From: Raillietiella orientalis
Taxonomy: Eukaryota
DNA length: 64,000 nucleotides
Direction: 5' to 3'
NCBI GenBank assembly: GCA_036172245.1
Contig: JAYWIR010000002.1
Span: 5,580,001-5,644,000 of the forward strand
In this document: piece by piece, positions 63,736 through 64,000 of the stretch
Position numbering within the stretch: position 1 is the stretch's first letter
Layout: every line of letters starts with the position of its first letter
Position numbers and translations under genes: made by a program
The notes under the pieces: model-generated
The model's database searches: none
Seen by the model: the letters and a program-made list of their open reading frames with translations, nothing else
What the model was told of the DNA's origin: nothing

Positions 63736-64000
63736 ATGACGACCGAGAGCGATGAGAAGGAATCAACGTGATTTGCTTTGAATCCCGAGAGATTCAGCCT
63801 CACCACGAAACGGTTTCAAACCAATTCGTGCAGTCGACGGACCCGTTATTTGATCAAAACCGTGCAGCAATGTCAACTCTTCCAACTCAAGGTGAGTCTG
63901 AGGAGGTAGTTGGCTGTACAGTCTGTTTCAGGCACGCGACCCATTCAGTCTCTTTCAAAAGTTTCGAGGACTTTCAAACACATCGTCGGTTATGCTGAGG

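Overview
Eukaryotic, intron-rich genomic DNA. Many ~50-nt introns, TTTTCAG-type acceptors and an operon-like gene pair suggest a nematode (inference; the species cannot be read from the sequence). Nearly all six-frame ORFs in the GC-rich first 36 kb are spurious. Manual exon assembly gives: (1) a 26-exon + strand NACHT-WD40 gene of the NWD1/NWD2/qui-1 family (6292-36570, ~1832 aa) ending in a CaaX box; (2) SLU7 on the minus strand, tail-to-tail with it and only 22 nt between stop codons; (3) SERAC1 on the minus strand, ending 28 nt upstream of the SLU7 ATG, with AATAAA and a TTTTCAG acceptor packed into that gap (SL1-type-operon-like); (4) a cluster of decayed non-LTR retrotransposons at ~48-52 kb (two restriction-like-endonuclease 3' ends, plus L1/Tx1-like pieces in opposite orientations); (5) a minus-strand array at 52.5-62.9 kb of ~90-110-nt phase 1-1 exons, each encoding a 6-Cys module, ending in EGF + transmembrane helix + cytoplasmic tail, which I cannot assign to a known family. 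Base composition changes sharply along the window, and a 151-bp island of 11% GC sits in a GC-rich intron.
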